64,000 nt of DNA, taken from Promethearchaeota archaeon. GTDB taxonomy: Archaea; Asgardarchaeota; Lokiarchaeia; Sigyniarchaeales; SOKP01. Positions 30,762-41,952 of this stretch are shown here, one piece after another (the first letter of the stretch is position 1; every line of letters begins with the position of its first letter). The stretch is taken from assembly GCA_019058295.1 (NCBI GenBank), contig JAHPZI010000019.1:13005-77004 (forward strand). Direction: 5' to 3'. Position numbers and translations under genes: made by a program. The notes below the pieces were generated by a model. It was not told the origin of the DNA. It did no database searches and saw nothing but the letters and a program-made list of their open reading frames with translations.

Positions 30762-32288
30762 CTAATTGGCTTGTTTATTTTGCCAATTTAAACAGACTTG
30801 AGACAATGAAACATCCTCAATTTTCGATTTATATTCTCTTTCTCTTATATCAATAAAAATCGGATAATTAACAGCATTTCCCGTTAATAACATTTCCCCG
30901 ACTCCTAAACTAGAGATCATATCAGCATATCCTTTAGAAATTGCTTCTGAACTGTCCATAAGATGTTTTAAATCGTAAGGATTTTTTATATTTAATATCA
31001 TTTTTGAATTTAATTGAGAAAGGGCAGTAGAGCTCAATCTTTTAGGTCTCTGACTTATGAGGCATAAGCATGCCATAAACTTTCTACCTTCTCGCGCGAT
31101 GGTTTCTATTATTGATTTTGATATAGCTCTTGAATGTGCAGCCTCAGGACAAAATTGATGAGCTTCTTCTATAATTAATAAGAATGGAGGTATTTTATTG
31201 AGTCTTCTAAGATAAAATAATCTTTTGCATAAATAATCAACAATTATTTGTTTTTTTCTAATATTGGTTTCATTGGCTAAATTAAAAATGGATAATTCTC
31301 CTTGTTTTACAATGTTATTGATTATAGGATTCTCTTTAGGGCCGAATAAATTTAACCGATTTAATTCTGTTAACCATCCTATTAATGCTTGTTTTGTATT
31401 TTTACCTACTTGTGTATCACTATCAATAATATCAATTAAATCATGTAAAGTGAACCCTCCTTTTTTCTTATTATCACTTTTTAGTTTTTGAATATAATTA
31501 GAGAGTTCGCGAATTTGAACATTAGAAATTTGTTCTTGATATTTCTTAAATGACCAAGCGTTTAATTTTGGGACTCCAATCTGCATGTATGAAATATTTT
31601 GTATTTTAACTTTATCTTTTAATTCATTTATTTCATTCAGATATGTGTATTCTCCATGTACATCAATAAGAATTATTGCCGGTGTACCCATTTTTCCATT
31701 TCGATTTAATAATTCCTCAATTATTACTGATATTAAATAACTTTTTCCACCTCCAGAAATAGAAAGAACTGCAAAGTGTTTATTAAATAGACGATTCATA
31801 TTGATTTTAGCTTCGAAATTTGAAGTTTTAAATTTTCCTATATTCAATCCCCTATCAATATCAAATCCAACGAAAATATTTAAGATATCTTCCTCTACTC
31901 TATGTACTTCCGCTCCTGGACTTGCTGGAAAGGTCATTCTTTGAATCCTTTTAATCTTTTTCTGCTGCTCATTTTCGAATTCAATAATACCTAAACATTT
32001 AACAATAGCAATCGCAAACTCAAAATCTTCACTGGGAAAAAGTCCTTTCAAAATATTTGGATTATTATTGCTATTATAGGCTTTTATTGTTAACGCATCG
32101 GAAAAATATTCGTTCAGTAGTATAATTTTTTCAATTATGCCAACCAAAAAACCTTCAACTGAACGAGTGTAAACAAATAATCCTTTCTTTACAACCATTC
32201 CATCTCTTCTTTTATTTATGACAAAAGGGAATTTGGAAACATCTGGTAATTGGAGATAATTAAAAACAATTCCAACTTTGAATGACAT
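30762..32288 (-). CDS. HerA/DUF87-family helicase-like ATPase
   Basis: H.AVL..SGGGKS, IDVHGEY, IEEAH, REGRKF and SQRP motifs. Confidence 0.9.
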   Translation of the reverse strand: MSFKVGIVFNYLQLPDVSKFPFVINKRRDGMVVKKGLFVYTRSVEGFLVGIIEKIILLNEYFSDALTIKAYNSNNNPNILKGLFPSEDFEFAIAIVKCLGIIEFENEQQKKIKRIQRMTFPASPGAEVHRVEEDILNIFVGFDIDRGLNIGKFKTSNFEAKINMNRLFNKHFAVLSISGGGKSYLISVIIEELLNRNGKMGTPAIILIDVHGEYTYLNEINELKDKVKIQNISYMQIGVPKLNAWSFKKYQEQISNVQIRELSNYIQKLKSDNKKKGGFTLHDLIDIIDSDTQVGKNTKQALIGWLTELNRLNLFGPKENPIINNIVKQGELSIFNLANETNIRKKQIIVDYLCKRLFYLRRLNKIPPFLLIIEEAHQFCPEAAHSRAISKSIIETIAREGRKFMACLCLISQRPKRLSSTALSQLNSKMILNIKNPYDLKHLMDSSEAISKGYADMISSLGVGEMLLTGNAVNYPIFIDIREREYKSKIEDVSLSQVCLNWQNKQAN

Positions 32289-32505
32289 TATTTTTTTAGG
32301 AAAGAAATTTAAGTTATTTTATGTACTTGACTTTAATTATAAAGACGATTGAATTTAAAGAAAATAAGAGTAGTAATTTTCTGACTTTTACTTGAAATTA
32401 AAAAAGAGTAAAAAATTTATGATTCTAGTTTTCTTCTTCTTTTGGAGATTTTTCTAACGGGAAAAAAAAGGAAAAAATAAAATATTTCTTCTATTTTTGA
32501 ATGGC

Positions 32506-33102
32506 TTATATTGTTTTGAATGAATCTTCTTCTTCTTCATCTTCAAGCGTATATATCAGTCTAATGATGAGAGCGTAGCCATTGAACCAAAAATAGAAGA
32601 ATCCAACAACTAATCCAAAAACCATGAATATAAGAAGTGCTACAAATAACAGGATTTGCCCATCTGAAAAATCTTGTAAGAAAGTAAAAGAAACTTCGAT
32701 AAAGAGTTCATAAAAGAAGGCAACAACTATACCAATAATAATAGCAAATATACTTACCAACAATGAAATGGTAAAAATTTGTACACTACGGTTATTTTTA
32801 TATTTAGAGTGTAATTTACGCTCCCGAAAAAGTGTTCTTAAAAAAAATGATCTCCCTTTTGTACTCATTCCAATACCAAACACTATTAAAATAAATAACC
32901 CAGCAAATAATGCGCCAATTATTGCGATCTGAATTCCTAGATTTTGTTCTTGAAATAATTCCAACTTTCCTTCTGCCATAATTAGGTCTGCAATTGTATA
33001 AACCACTCCACCAATGGTTATAATGCTTATAATAACTATACATATATAAAATATAGTTGCGATGAGTTTCTGAGTTTTTGAATATGTAACTGTCTCATTC
33101 AT
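32506..33102 (-). CDS. Hypothetical 4-TM membrane protein (paralog of 33147..33749)
   Basis: Four hydrophobic segments; shared LGxQIAIIG and WFNGYxLIIRLxYTLE. Confidence 0.8.
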   Translation of the reverse strand: MNETVTYSKTQKLIATIFYICIVIISIITIGGVVYTIADLIMAEGKLELFQEQNLGIQIAIIGALFAGLFILIVFGIGMSTKGRSFFLRTLFRERKLHSKYKNNRSVQIFTISLLVSIFAIIIGIVVAFFYELFIEVSFTFLQDFSDGQILLFVALLIFMVFGLVVGFFYFWFNGYALIIRLIYTLEDEEEEDSFKTI

Positions 33103-33146
33103 TTAATTTACCCTTTATAATATCATTTATATTTAATATTATTCCT

Positions 33147-33749
33147 TTAATCTTCTTCTTCAAGCGTATATAACAATCTAATGATAAGACCATAGCCGTT
33201 GAACCACATATAGAGGAGTGCAAGTGCTAATATAGTAATTATCAAATATAAGATACTGATTATCAAAGCTATTTGTCCTCCGCTTAGATTTTCAGTAAGA
33301 CCTGCTATGGAAAATTCCTGACCACCGACAAGTGACCGAAATACCTCATAAATAATAGATATTACAATTCCTATTATTATAGCAAATAAACTTATCATTA
33401 AAGCTCCAGCTGCAATTTTTACAGTTTTTCTATTCTTAAATTTATCCTCTAGCTCTATTGGTCTAAAAATTATATTTAATATTACGGTAGTACCTTTTTT
33501 AAACAAACCATAAAATAAAATCAATAGGAAAAAGAGTGCTGCTAAAATTCCCCCAATAATCGCTATTTGCAACCCAAGACTAAGCCTTAGGAAAAGCTCC
33601 GTTTTACCCTGTGCCATAATAATATCTAGTAAAGTCCATATTGTTGATCCTATAATCATAATAAATGCTATTACAAAGCTTACATAGAAAATTGTTCCTA
33701 TTATTTTTTGTCTTCCCGTGTATTGTTTTATATCAGTCATAATTTTCAA
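33147..33749 (-). CDS. Hypothetical 4-TM membrane protein (paralog of 32506..33102)
   Basis: Same motifs as its neighbour. Confidence 0.8.
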   Translation of the reverse strand: MKIMTDIKQYTGRQKIIGTIFYVSFVIAFIMIIGSTIWTLLDIIMAQGKTELFLRLSLGLQIAIIGGILAALFFLLILFYGLFKKGTTVILNIIFRPIELEDKFKNRKTVKIAAGALMISLFAIIIGIVISIIYEVFRSLVGGQEFSIAGLTENLSGGQIALIISILYLIITILALALLYMWFNGYGLIIRLLYTLEEED

Positions 33750-33831
33750 ACTAAAATATTATTTTATTATTGAAAAATTACCTTTTAAGATATTTAAAAT
33801 TGTTGTATAATTTTGAAAAAAAATGAAGCTA

Positions 33832-35367
33832 TTAATCAGAATCTATAATCTTGGTTAAATCATCAAAACTTTTATACAAATTATGGCTTTTTAATAAGTC
33901 ATAAAAATCACACGAAAAATTATAAATCTTATTATAATAAGCGTGTCTATTTTCATTGGGAAGCCATTTTTTATCAACTTTACATAAACTTTCTGCTGCT
34001 TTTGATATATCAGGAAATAATCCTGCTCCAGAAGCCGCTAATATAGCAGCTCCCAAGGAAGTTGCTTCCTCAATTATATTTCTTACACAAGTAATTCCTA
34101 ATACATCAGCGTAAATCTGATTCCAGATATCTGAACGAGCTCCTCCACCAGTAAGCAGCAATTCCCTAGGTTCAATTCCTAATTCTTTAAAAACTTCAAC
34201 ATTTTTCTTTAATTCATATGCCACGCCTTCAAATACAGCCCTATAAAGATCCTTCCTTTCATGTCCTAACGATAACCCAAATAGAATTCCCTTAGCATAA
34301 GGATTCCAGTGCGGGGCCCCAGCACCAACTAAATGTGGAATAAATAGAAGACCATTTGCTCCCATTGGAGATTTTTGGACTTCAATATCTATTAACTCAT
34401 AAGGATCTTGTCCTTCTTCAGCGTTCATAATTTCTGCATGTCCAATTTTATCTCTAAACCACCGAAGGCTTGCCCCTGAGGTAAATATACTGGCTTCTTG
34501 AACCCAAGCACCAGGAATAGCATGGCAACTACATAGAACCCTTTTTTTAGGATCTAAATTAGGTTCCTTTAAATAAGCAAGAATAAAACTACCTGTGCCT
34601 GTTGTACATTTAATTTCACCAGGAGAAACTACACCTACACCTAAAGCAGCTGATTGTTGATCTCCTGCGCCTGTTATGACCAAGGTTTTTTTATCAAAAT
34701 CAGTTTCATCAGAGATAATTTCACCAATATCAACACCACTTTCAAATGCTTCTGGCATTTTATCAATATCTAACTCTAATTCAGAGGCTATGAATTCAGA
34801 ATATTTTAAGTTATTAATATCAAATAACATAGTCCTACTCGCATTTGAATGATCAGTGACGAATTTTCCTGTTAACTTATAAATAATATAATCAGCTACA
34901 AGAAGAAATTTATGAGCTTTATTATAGATCTCGGGCTTTTTTTCCTTAAACCACATGATTTTTGAAATACTGAAATATGGATCAATAGTAAGACCTGTAG
35001 TTTCATAGATTTTCTCAATCCCAATCTTTTCCTTGATTTGATTACATTGTTCTGTGGTACGTCGGTCTTGCCAAACTAAGGCATTATGAAGCGGAATACC
35101 CTCTTTATCAACCGGTACAATGGTCTCCCGTTGATTAGTTACTGAAACACTCACAATTTCGGTTTTATCGATTCCACTTTTCCGTATCGCAGCCTCAATC
35201 GTTTTTTTAATCGAATTCCACCATGCATTGGCATCCTGCTCCACATAAGAAGGTGTAGGATAAAAACTCTCCCATTCTTGATAATCACTTGCTATTATGG
35301 TTCCGGCAAGATCAAAAATATAAGTTCGACATCCAGTAGTTCCTAAATCTAAGCTCGCAACAAACAT
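33832..35367 (-). CDS. FGGY-family carbohydrate kinase (xylulokinase/glycerol kinase-like)
   Basis: DLGTT, TNQRET, WQD.R, GDQ and GGGARS motifs. Confidence 0.9.
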   Translation of the reverse strand: MFVASLDLGTTGCRTYIFDLAGTIIASDYQEWESFYPTPSYVEQDANAWWNSIKKTIEAAIRKSGIDKTEIVSVSVTNQRETIVPVDKEGIPLHNALVWQDRRTTEQCNQIKEKIGIEKIYETTGLTIDPYFSISKIMWFKEKKPEIYNKAHKFLLVADYIIYKLTGKFVTDHSNASRTMLFDINNLKYSEFIASELELDIDKMPEAFESGVDIGEIISDETDFDKKTLVITGAGDQQSAALGVGVVSPGEIKCTTGTGSFILAYLKEPNLDPKKRVLCSCHAIPGAWVQEASIFTSGASLRWFRDKIGHAEIMNAEEGQDPYELIDIEVQKSPMGANGLLFIPHLVGAGAPHWNPYAKGILFGLSLGHERKDLYRAVFEGVAYELKKNVEVFKELGIEPRELLLTGGGARSDIWNQIYADVLGITCVRNIIEEATSLGAAILAASGAGLFPDISKAAESLCKVDKKWLPNENRHAYYNKIYNFSCDFYDLLKSHNLYKSFDDLTKIIDSD

Positions 35368-35461
35368 AACACTAATCCTAATTATTTTTAAATTATAAAA
35401 TTAATAAAAAGCTATTGTTTTTAAATCTCTTTTATTGTTAAATAACATTTGGGTAGAATTC

Positions 35462-36847
35462 CTACTTTTCAGATCTTACATTTTCTAGTTTTTTTGGATG
35501 TAGCTCTTTAAGATCCCTTTTAATCTGTTGAACTCTCTCTTTGGTATATGGATAGAAATATAGACATATAAGCATCCCAATAAGTGCTAGAGCAGGGAAG
35601 AAGACCATTATTAATTTTATTCCAAAAATAACATCTGCGTCAGGATTAGGTGTATAAGTCCCCCAACCAGTTGTAGTGAAGACCATCGCCACGGTTACAA
35701 CAGCTAAGATCATTGCGAGTCTCATAAAAAAGGTTGTTATCCCAAAAAAAGTACCTTCACGTCTGACTCCTGTTTTGAGCTCGTCTTCATCAACCACATC
35801 CGCTATGATTAGATAAATGAAATAAAGGATACCCCCAAATGTAAAACCAATAAAGATGAAATTGATCAAAGCGGCCTCATAACTCGAAATTAAAAGGATT
35901 GGAATTGAAGCAAATAAGAAAGCTATCAATGAAACCGCAAAAGCTTTTCTACTTCCTAATTTTAAGTCTAATTTATACCAAAATGCTACACTTATGATTC
36001 CAACTAGAAAAAGCAAAGCCATTAGCATCGAAATTCGAAAAGCATCTCTTACTCCCAGTATATGGTAAGCATAAAGTGGTATAATCACTCCAAAAGTCAA
36101 AAGGATATACTCGAATAGAAAGTACATTATAGTATAAAGAACAAAACCCCTATTCTTTAAAGTATATCTCATCCCTTCAATGAAACCAAAACTATGTTGA
36201 TGATCTAGTCGAAATTCTTCCCTTTCTTTTACACCATAAATAAGAGAGAAAATAAAAGTTGCTCCGATAATTATTGAAGTTACAATACCATTAAGCAAAT
36301 ATCCCTCTCTCTCTGAAATATCTCCAATAAAAAGTCCAGGGATTATAAAAGCCATTATCAATCCAACTGTACTGAGTATCTGCTTAATTGTATTTACTTC
36401 TGCTCTATCTTCTTCGGTACTATATAATTCTGGGAATAAAGCATCATAGGGAAGCGCAACCATCGAGTAAAAAGTATCATACAAGATGAGAATTAAAAGT
36501 AAATAAAGAAAAGTACTAAAGTCATCACCCGCAGGTGGTATCCAAACAATGATTTCAATAATGATTACGGGTATAAATCCTATCATAATATATGGTTTTC
36601 TGCGCCCCCATCGAGTGTGAGTACGATCCGAGAGATATCCTACTAAAGGATCATTAAATGCGTTCCAAAAGCTCCATATAAACACTGCTAAAAAAATATA
36701 TGAGATTGGAAGCCTTACTACTACAAAATAATAAGTAAAAATCCATGTACTAAATGCACTGTTGATGAACCAAACCGCAAAACTACCCAATCCAAAACTC
36801 CATTTTTGAAGTTTTCCAAATTCCTGTATTTCTGTATGTTTTTCCAT
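35462..36847 (-). CDS. MFS/GPH-family sugar:cation symporter
   Basis: NDPLVGYLSDRT..RWGRRKP and ADVVDEDE..TGVRREG motifs. Confidence 0.9.
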   Translation of the reverse strand: MEKHTEIQEFGKLQKWSFGLGSFAVWFINSAFSTWIFTYYFVVVRLPISYIFLAVFIWSFWNAFNDPLVGYLSDRTHTRWGRRKPYIMIGFIPVIIIEIIVWIPPAGDDFSTFLYLLLILILYDTFYSMVALPYDALFPELYSTEEDRAEVNTIKQILSTVGLIMAFIIPGLFIGDISEREGYLLNGIVTSIIIGATFIFSLIYGVKEREEFRLDHQHSFGFIEGMRYTLKNRGFVLYTIMYFLFEYILLTFGVIIPLYAYHILGVRDAFRISMLMALLFLVGIISVAFWYKLDLKLGSRKAFAVSLIAFLFASIPILLISSYEAALINFIFIGFTFGGILYFIYLIIADVVDEDELKTGVRREGTFFGITTFFMRLAMILAVVTVAMVFTTTGWGTYTPNPDADVIFGIKLIMVFFPALALIGMLICLYFYPYTKERVQQIKRDLKELHPKKLENVRSEK

Positions 36848-36859
36848 GATGATAATCTC

Positions 36860-39421
36860 CTATAAGATTAATTGTTTAATTGGATAAATATCTGCCATAA
36901 GATAAGCGATAAATTGTTTATTTTTAAGTTTCTTAGATTTCGGGATTGAGAGTATAATACGTTTTTTACCCTCCCCAATTGTTTCTTTTTTTAATGCAGT
37001 TGTATAATTAATAGGAATTGGCAATCCTTTTGATTTCTCCACGATGAGAATGCTTATCGGTATTTCCCACTCATCAAATTTATTAGGGATATTAATTTCA
37101 GCTATAATTTGATTTTTTATAGGGTCTTTCTCAAATTTAACGATATGAACTTTCTCCTTTATGGATTCTTTTTCATTCTTAATTGGTTCTAATCTATAGG
37201 TTCCAACACCAGTTAATTTATTATTCTGGTTTAAAATGCCCCAAGACTGCCAGGTTCCTCTGAAAAGCTGTCTTAGAAGCGCTGGAAAGAAAGTTAATCC
37301 AGCTTTAAAAAATTGTTTAAGCCCTCCTGATTTTAAATGACTTAATAACATCGATATGCTCACAGGGCTATTTTTCCCTAAATCTCTCATAAGATTGAAT
37401 AAATTTCCATGCCAATCCTTTTCTATTAATAAATTACTACCCCTTGCAACAGTACCATCTTTCCGTAAAAATCCAGAGATACGAAAAATATCCAGAGGAA
37501 TTGTAAAGGATGTTATCTCAAATTCACAATTTCGGCAATCCATCTGAAAATAATCATCCTTAACTTTCCCTGAAAATGCATAAAGGCTTATTCGCTTTTG
37601 AGGGACACCCACTTCACCAAATTTCTGAACCGCAAACGCAGAAAATGTCTTATTTTCATAATCAGAGGTTACTACAGAGAAGGGTATTGTTAAGCTAGCA
37701 AGTCCAATTTGATCGAGACTTGGTACAATGCTCGGTTGCGGCACTGCCATATGAACAATCTTAAAAGTCTTATTTTCAGATGATAATATTGAAGCCATCT
37801 GAGGTGGATTACGAGTTTTAAATCTTAATTTGCTACTAATAGATTTTGTCTGGGAAAGTGGATCTACAAATTTACCTTTAATATTAAGTATATATTCTGT
37901 GTTTGTCTCCAAGATTCTTTTTGATATTATGTTCATTGTAACTAAATCACTCTGGATTTCAATTCTGTGCTTAAAATTAGGTTGAGCTTCAATCTTTATT
38001 GATTTTGATATTAAATTTACTGGAACAAGCCCCATCTTCTCATGTAAGATTAGTCTTAAAGTAATAATGTTGGTAGGATCAATATCTTGAACTCCATCTT
38101 TTAATGGTGTTTTTTGTAAGCTACCTCCAGGAGTAACATAATGCCAAAAAGTTCCCACTTCTTCAGTCTGTTTTTCAGTACTAACTTCAAAACCAGCAGC
38201 ACCTTCTTTTTGGTATGTATCATAAGGAATATACACTACGTCTCCCGTAGAACATGCAACACATAGGCCATAATGACCTAAGGCAACAGAAGCATTAATA
38301 TTAGGATAATCTGTATTACTTGCCAATAATAATGTATCATAAATCCATCTAGGATTCCCATTTGGCTCAAGAGCATAAACTTTACCATCCCCACCTCCAA
38401 AATAAATGAGGTATGGGACTTTTGCTTCAGGATCAGGTCCAATTGATGCAGATGCTCGAATAGGATCTCCAATATAATATGTCCATTTTATTTTACCAGT
38501 TTTGCCATTTAACGCATAAAAAATACCATTTGTGGAACCAAAATATACAGTATTATCTAAAGCAATTGCGGCTGAAGCATACACATGACTGCCAGTTTTA
38601 TATTCCCATATTTTCGCTCCATTTTGACAATTTAGGGCATAAATACTACCATTAAATGAGGTCTGATATAGTATCCCTGTTTCACTAATAGCTGGGGAAC
38701 CGACAAGTGCTCCATGTAAATCTTTCTTCCACTTTATTTTTCCTGAATTCATTTCGAGAGCATATAAAATATGATCAAATCCCGCTGAATAAACCGTTCC
38801 ATCTTTCCAAAATGAAGGTGCACTCCATACCATGAAACCCGTGCGATACCCCCATATGATTTTTCCATCTGTAGTCATTTTATATAGAAAAAAATCGTCG
38901 TTTGCTACATATATTGCCCCATCCCCTGGTCCAAGGACGATATTTGCTTCAAACCAAAAGTTGGAGCTAAATGTAAATTGTTCTTTCCTTCTATTAACTA
39001 AATTATCATAAGTCCATTTTTCTTTTCCTTCTGGCGTAAAAGCGTGAATCTTTGAGCACCCCGTAGCAATATAAACAGTATTATCTTTATCTATACAACC
39101 AGCGCAATCGATTATTTCTCCCGCATCATATTTCCATAATTCACGCCCTTTATGAGGATCAAATGCATAAAAATAGTGATCTGCACTTCCTACATAAATT
39201 CTCTCTTTCGCATCAATAATTGGAGTGGAAAAAATAGCATTTCCAGTATGAAAATGAATCACTTCTGAAGCTATATCAGACTTCCCCTTCCATTTTAAAT
39301 CAGCCAACCTTCCAGAATTTTTCATATCTCCTCTCATGGTTGGCCAAGGAGCATTAACCTGATAGGGATTTTTAAAACTACTATATTTGTATTCTCGAAT
39401 GTTTTTATTAATAAATGTCAT
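36860..39421 (-). CDS. PQQ/BamB-like beta-propeller repeat protein with unknown C-terminal domains
   Basis: Repeated YAL...G...W units in the N-terminal ~400 aa. Confidence 0.8.
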   Translation of the reverse strand: MTFINKNIREYKYSSFKNPYQVNAPWPTMRGDMKNSGRLADLKWKGKSDIASEVIHFHTGNAIFSTPIIDAKERIYVGSADHYFYAFDPHKGRELWKYDAGEIIDCAGCIDKDNTVYIATGCSKIHAFTPEGKEKWTYDNLVNRRKEQFTFSSNFWFEANIVLGPGDGAIYVANDDFFLYKMTTDGKIIWGYRTGFMVWSAPSFWKDGTVYSAGFDHILYALEMNSGKIKWKKDLHGALVGSPAISETGILYQTSFNGSIYALNCQNGAKIWEYKTGSHVYASAAIALDNTVYFGSTNGIFYALNGKTGKIKWTYYIGDPIRASASIGPDPEAKVPYLIYFGGGDGKVYALEPNGNPRWIYDTLLLASNTDYPNINASVALGHYGLCVACSTGDVVYIPYDTYQKEGAAGFEVSTEKQTEEVGTFWHYVTPGGSLQKTPLKDGVQDIDPTNIITLRLILHEKMGLVPVNLISKSIKIEAQPNFKHRIEIQSDLVTMNIISKRILETNTEYILNIKGKFVDPLSQTKSISSKLRFKTRNPPQMASILSSENKTFKIVHMAVPQPSIVPSLDQIGLASLTIPFSVVTSDYENKTFSAFAVQKFGEVGVPQKRISLYAFSGKVKDDYFQMDCRNCEFEITSFTIPLDIFRISGFLRKDGTVARGSNLLIEKDWHGNLFNLMRDLGKNSPVSISMLLSHLKSGGLKQFFKAGLTFFPALLRQLFRGTWQSWGILNQNNKLTGVGTYRLEPIKNEKESIKEKVHIVKFEKDPIKNQIIAEINIPNKFDEWEIPISILIVEKSKGLPIPINYTTALKKETIGEGKKRIILSIPKSKKLKNKQFIAYLMADIYPIKQLIL

Positions 39422-39528
39422 TTAATGATCTTATTACTTTTATATTCTCATAGTTAAATTATTTTATTAAATTATTAAATTATTATCTTTGTAAATATTT
39501 ATTAGAATATTTTATTCGTACCATATTC

Positions 39529-40434
39529 ATGCTTCCATTTATAGAACAAGTTTCAGACGAATTAAAAGAGTTTCTCTTCATCAGAGGAAAGGAAGAATCC
39601 GCTTATTATACATGCAACGCTCTTCTAATTAATGATATTCTTATAGATACAGGAGTCTCTACTACATATTTAAATAAACTTTTAGAAAATTATCAGATTA
39701 AAAGAGTAATTCTTACTCATTGGCACGAAGATCACATATCAGGAAGCAATTTATTACAAAACTGTAGCTTTATGTGCCATAGCAATGATAAATCCCCTAT
39801 TGAAGATAATAAAGTAATGTATAAACTATATGGCTATTCTCATCAGAATCCGCCAAACGAATTGATAAGATACTTAGAAAAGTATAATCTGAAAAATATT
39901 GTAATATCTCAAACTATCACAGACGGAGATATTATAACTGTTAATGATAACTATAATCTACGAGTGATTCACACACCAGGTCATACTTCTGGACATTGCT
40001 GTTTTTACGAAAAAGATTCAAAGTTTGCCTTTTTAAGTGATATAAACATGCCGGGAGTTGGTCCATGGTACGGAGGCATTGACAGTAGTCTTTTAGATTA
40101 TGAAGAATCATTAAAAAAAATAAAAAACCTCGATATAAGAATTGCGGTTTTTAGTCATTATGGATTGATTACAGATGCAAATGAAATAAGCGATATTTTA
40201 ATTGATGCTCTAACAATTATTCAAGGAAGAGATGAGGTTTTATTAAGCCTTTTATCTGAAAAGAAAGCCTTTACAGCTAAAGAATTATCTAATAAACAAC
40301 TTATGGTAAAAAACATTGAAGTGTATGAAGAAGCCCTACCTTTATCTGAGGAAATAATGATTGAAAAGCATTTTGAGAAATTTCTTAAACAACAATTAAT
40401 TGAACGCAAAGATGATGGTTATATTTTAAGTTAA
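39529..40434 (+). CDS. Metallo-beta-lactamase fold hydrolase
   Basis: THWHEDH, HTPGHT, SD and SH motifs. Confidence 0.9.
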   Translation: MLPFIEQVSDELKEFLFIRGKEESAYYTCNALLINDILIDTGVSTTYLNKLLENYQIKRVILTHWHEDHISGSNLLQNCSFMCHSNDKSPIEDNKVMYKLYGYSHQNPPNELIRYLEKYNLKNIVISQTITDGDIITVNDNYNLRVIHTPGHTSGHCCFYEKDSKFAFLSDINMPGVGPWYGGIDSSLLDYEESLKKIKNLDIRIAVFSHYGLITDANEISDILIDALTIIQGRDEVLLSLLSEKKAFTAKELSNKQLMVKNIEVYEEALPLSEEIMIEKHFEKFLKQQLIERKDDGYILS

Positions 40435-40468
40435 AAATTTTTAAATTAAATAAACGGTATCCATAAAT

Positions 40469-41929
40469 ATGAAGCTCAATCGTATAGAAGTCTTGAGTGA
40501 AGATGAAATTCAAACTATCCACGATGCCACTATGGATTTAATGTCATCAACAGGAGTTAGAATTGAATCTGAGAAAGCAAGAGCTCTTTTAAAGGAAAAT
40601 GGAGCTGAGATTGAGGAATCTTCACACTTTGTTAAATTTTCAGAATCACTTATAGATGAATTTATTAAAAAAGCGCCAGAATGCTTCTCAGTTTATGGTC
40701 CAGATGGAAATTTCAAGATTGACATCAGCACCAACTCAACTGTCTTTGCAACCGTAGGATCTCCAACTAAAATATATAATGAAAAGGATCCCGATCATTC
40801 GCGAGATGCGCTAATGGACGATACAATTAAACATTTTAAATTGGTTGATCAGCTACGATATATTAATAGCTCTCATCTTGATGTTTGGCCAACTGATGTG
40901 CCTTATATTTCTCTTCATTGCCATGTTCTCAGAGAATGGGCTAGAAATAGTAGAAAACCTTTTGGGAATGGATGTAGAGGGGAATTAATGTGTCAAGATA
41001 TGATGAATTTAATTTCTATTATTGTTGGAAGCGATAAAGAGCTAATTGAGAAACCAAGAATTATTGCATTCTTTAATCCAATTAGTCCCCTTCTCTTACC
41101 TGAGATTTTATTAGACGGACTTTTTGTTTTTGCCAAATATTTACAACCTGTAATAGTTGCTCCAGCAGCCATAGGAGGACTTACAGCACCCATTACGATT
41201 GGAGGATTATTGACACAAACTAATGCTGAGGTACTTGCAACTATCGTTTTGGCTGAAATGATCAATCCCGGAGTTCCAGTTTTTTATGGGGCTGTAAATA
41301 GTCCAATGGATCCCCTTACAGGAATTCCCGCATGGGGGGCTATTGAAATGGGGCTAATGACTACAGGTGCTGCACAGCTAGCGCGATTTTATAATATTCC
41401 TTCGAGAGCTTCTGGTAGTATGACTAATTCAATTCAATTTGATTTACAGTGTGGTGCTGAAAGAATGGCATCCCTATTAAATACCACTTATGCCGGAATA
41501 AATTATATAACCTGTGCGGGACTCTATGAGTATGGGCTTACGGAAAGTCTCGAATTATTAGTTATTGATGATGAATTGGCAGGAATCGTAAGTAGAGCTC
41601 AGGAAGGAGTCAATATCAATGAAAACACTATTGCTCTCAATGAAATAAAATCTGTTGTTGATGAAGGTATTGGATTTATGCGAATAAAACATACTTCAAA
41701 AAATATAAGAAAAGAATTATTTGTTCCAGAATTAGCCAAAAGACTTTCCAGAAGTACATGGCTTAAAGAAGGAAAACCAGACCTTATTTCAAGATCGCGA
41801 ATAAAAATTCAAGCACTTTTAGAGAAACATGAAGGCCCATATACAGCACCTAATATTGAAGAGCAATTAGAATCCTATCTCAAAGAAGTAGAAACCCGTA
41901 ATATTGATGAATATAAGATCTCTCATTAA
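40469..41929 (+). CDS. MttB-superfamily methyltransferase, no pyrrolysine
   Basis: IH.AT..L, ISPL, G.TAP.T and NAEVLA motifs; no in-frame TAG. Confidence 0.88.
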   Translation: MKLNRIEVLSEDEIQTIHDATMDLMSSTGVRIESEKARALLKENGAEIEESSHFVKFSESLIDEFIKKAPECFSVYGPDGNFKIDISTNSTVFATVGSPTKIYNEKDPDHSRDALMDDTIKHFKLVDQLRYINSSHLDVWPTDVPYISLHCHVLREWARNSRKPFGNGCRGELMCQDMMNLISIIVGSDKELIEKPRIIAFFNPISPLLLPEILLDGLFVFAKYLQPVIVAPAAIGGLTAPITIGGLLTQTNAEVLATIVLAEMINPGVPVFYGAVNSPMDPLTGIPAWGAIEMGLMTTGAAQLARFYNIPSRASGSMTNSIQFDLQCGAERMASLLNTTYAGINYITCAGLYEYGLTESLELLVIDDELAGIVSRAQEGVNINENTIALNEIKSVVDEGIGFMRIKHTSKNIRKELFVPELAKRLSRSTWLKEGKPDLISRSRIKIQALLEKHEGPYTAPNIEEQLESYLKEVETRNIDEYKISH

Positions 41930-41952
41930 TAAAATACTAAGGTTAAATTATT

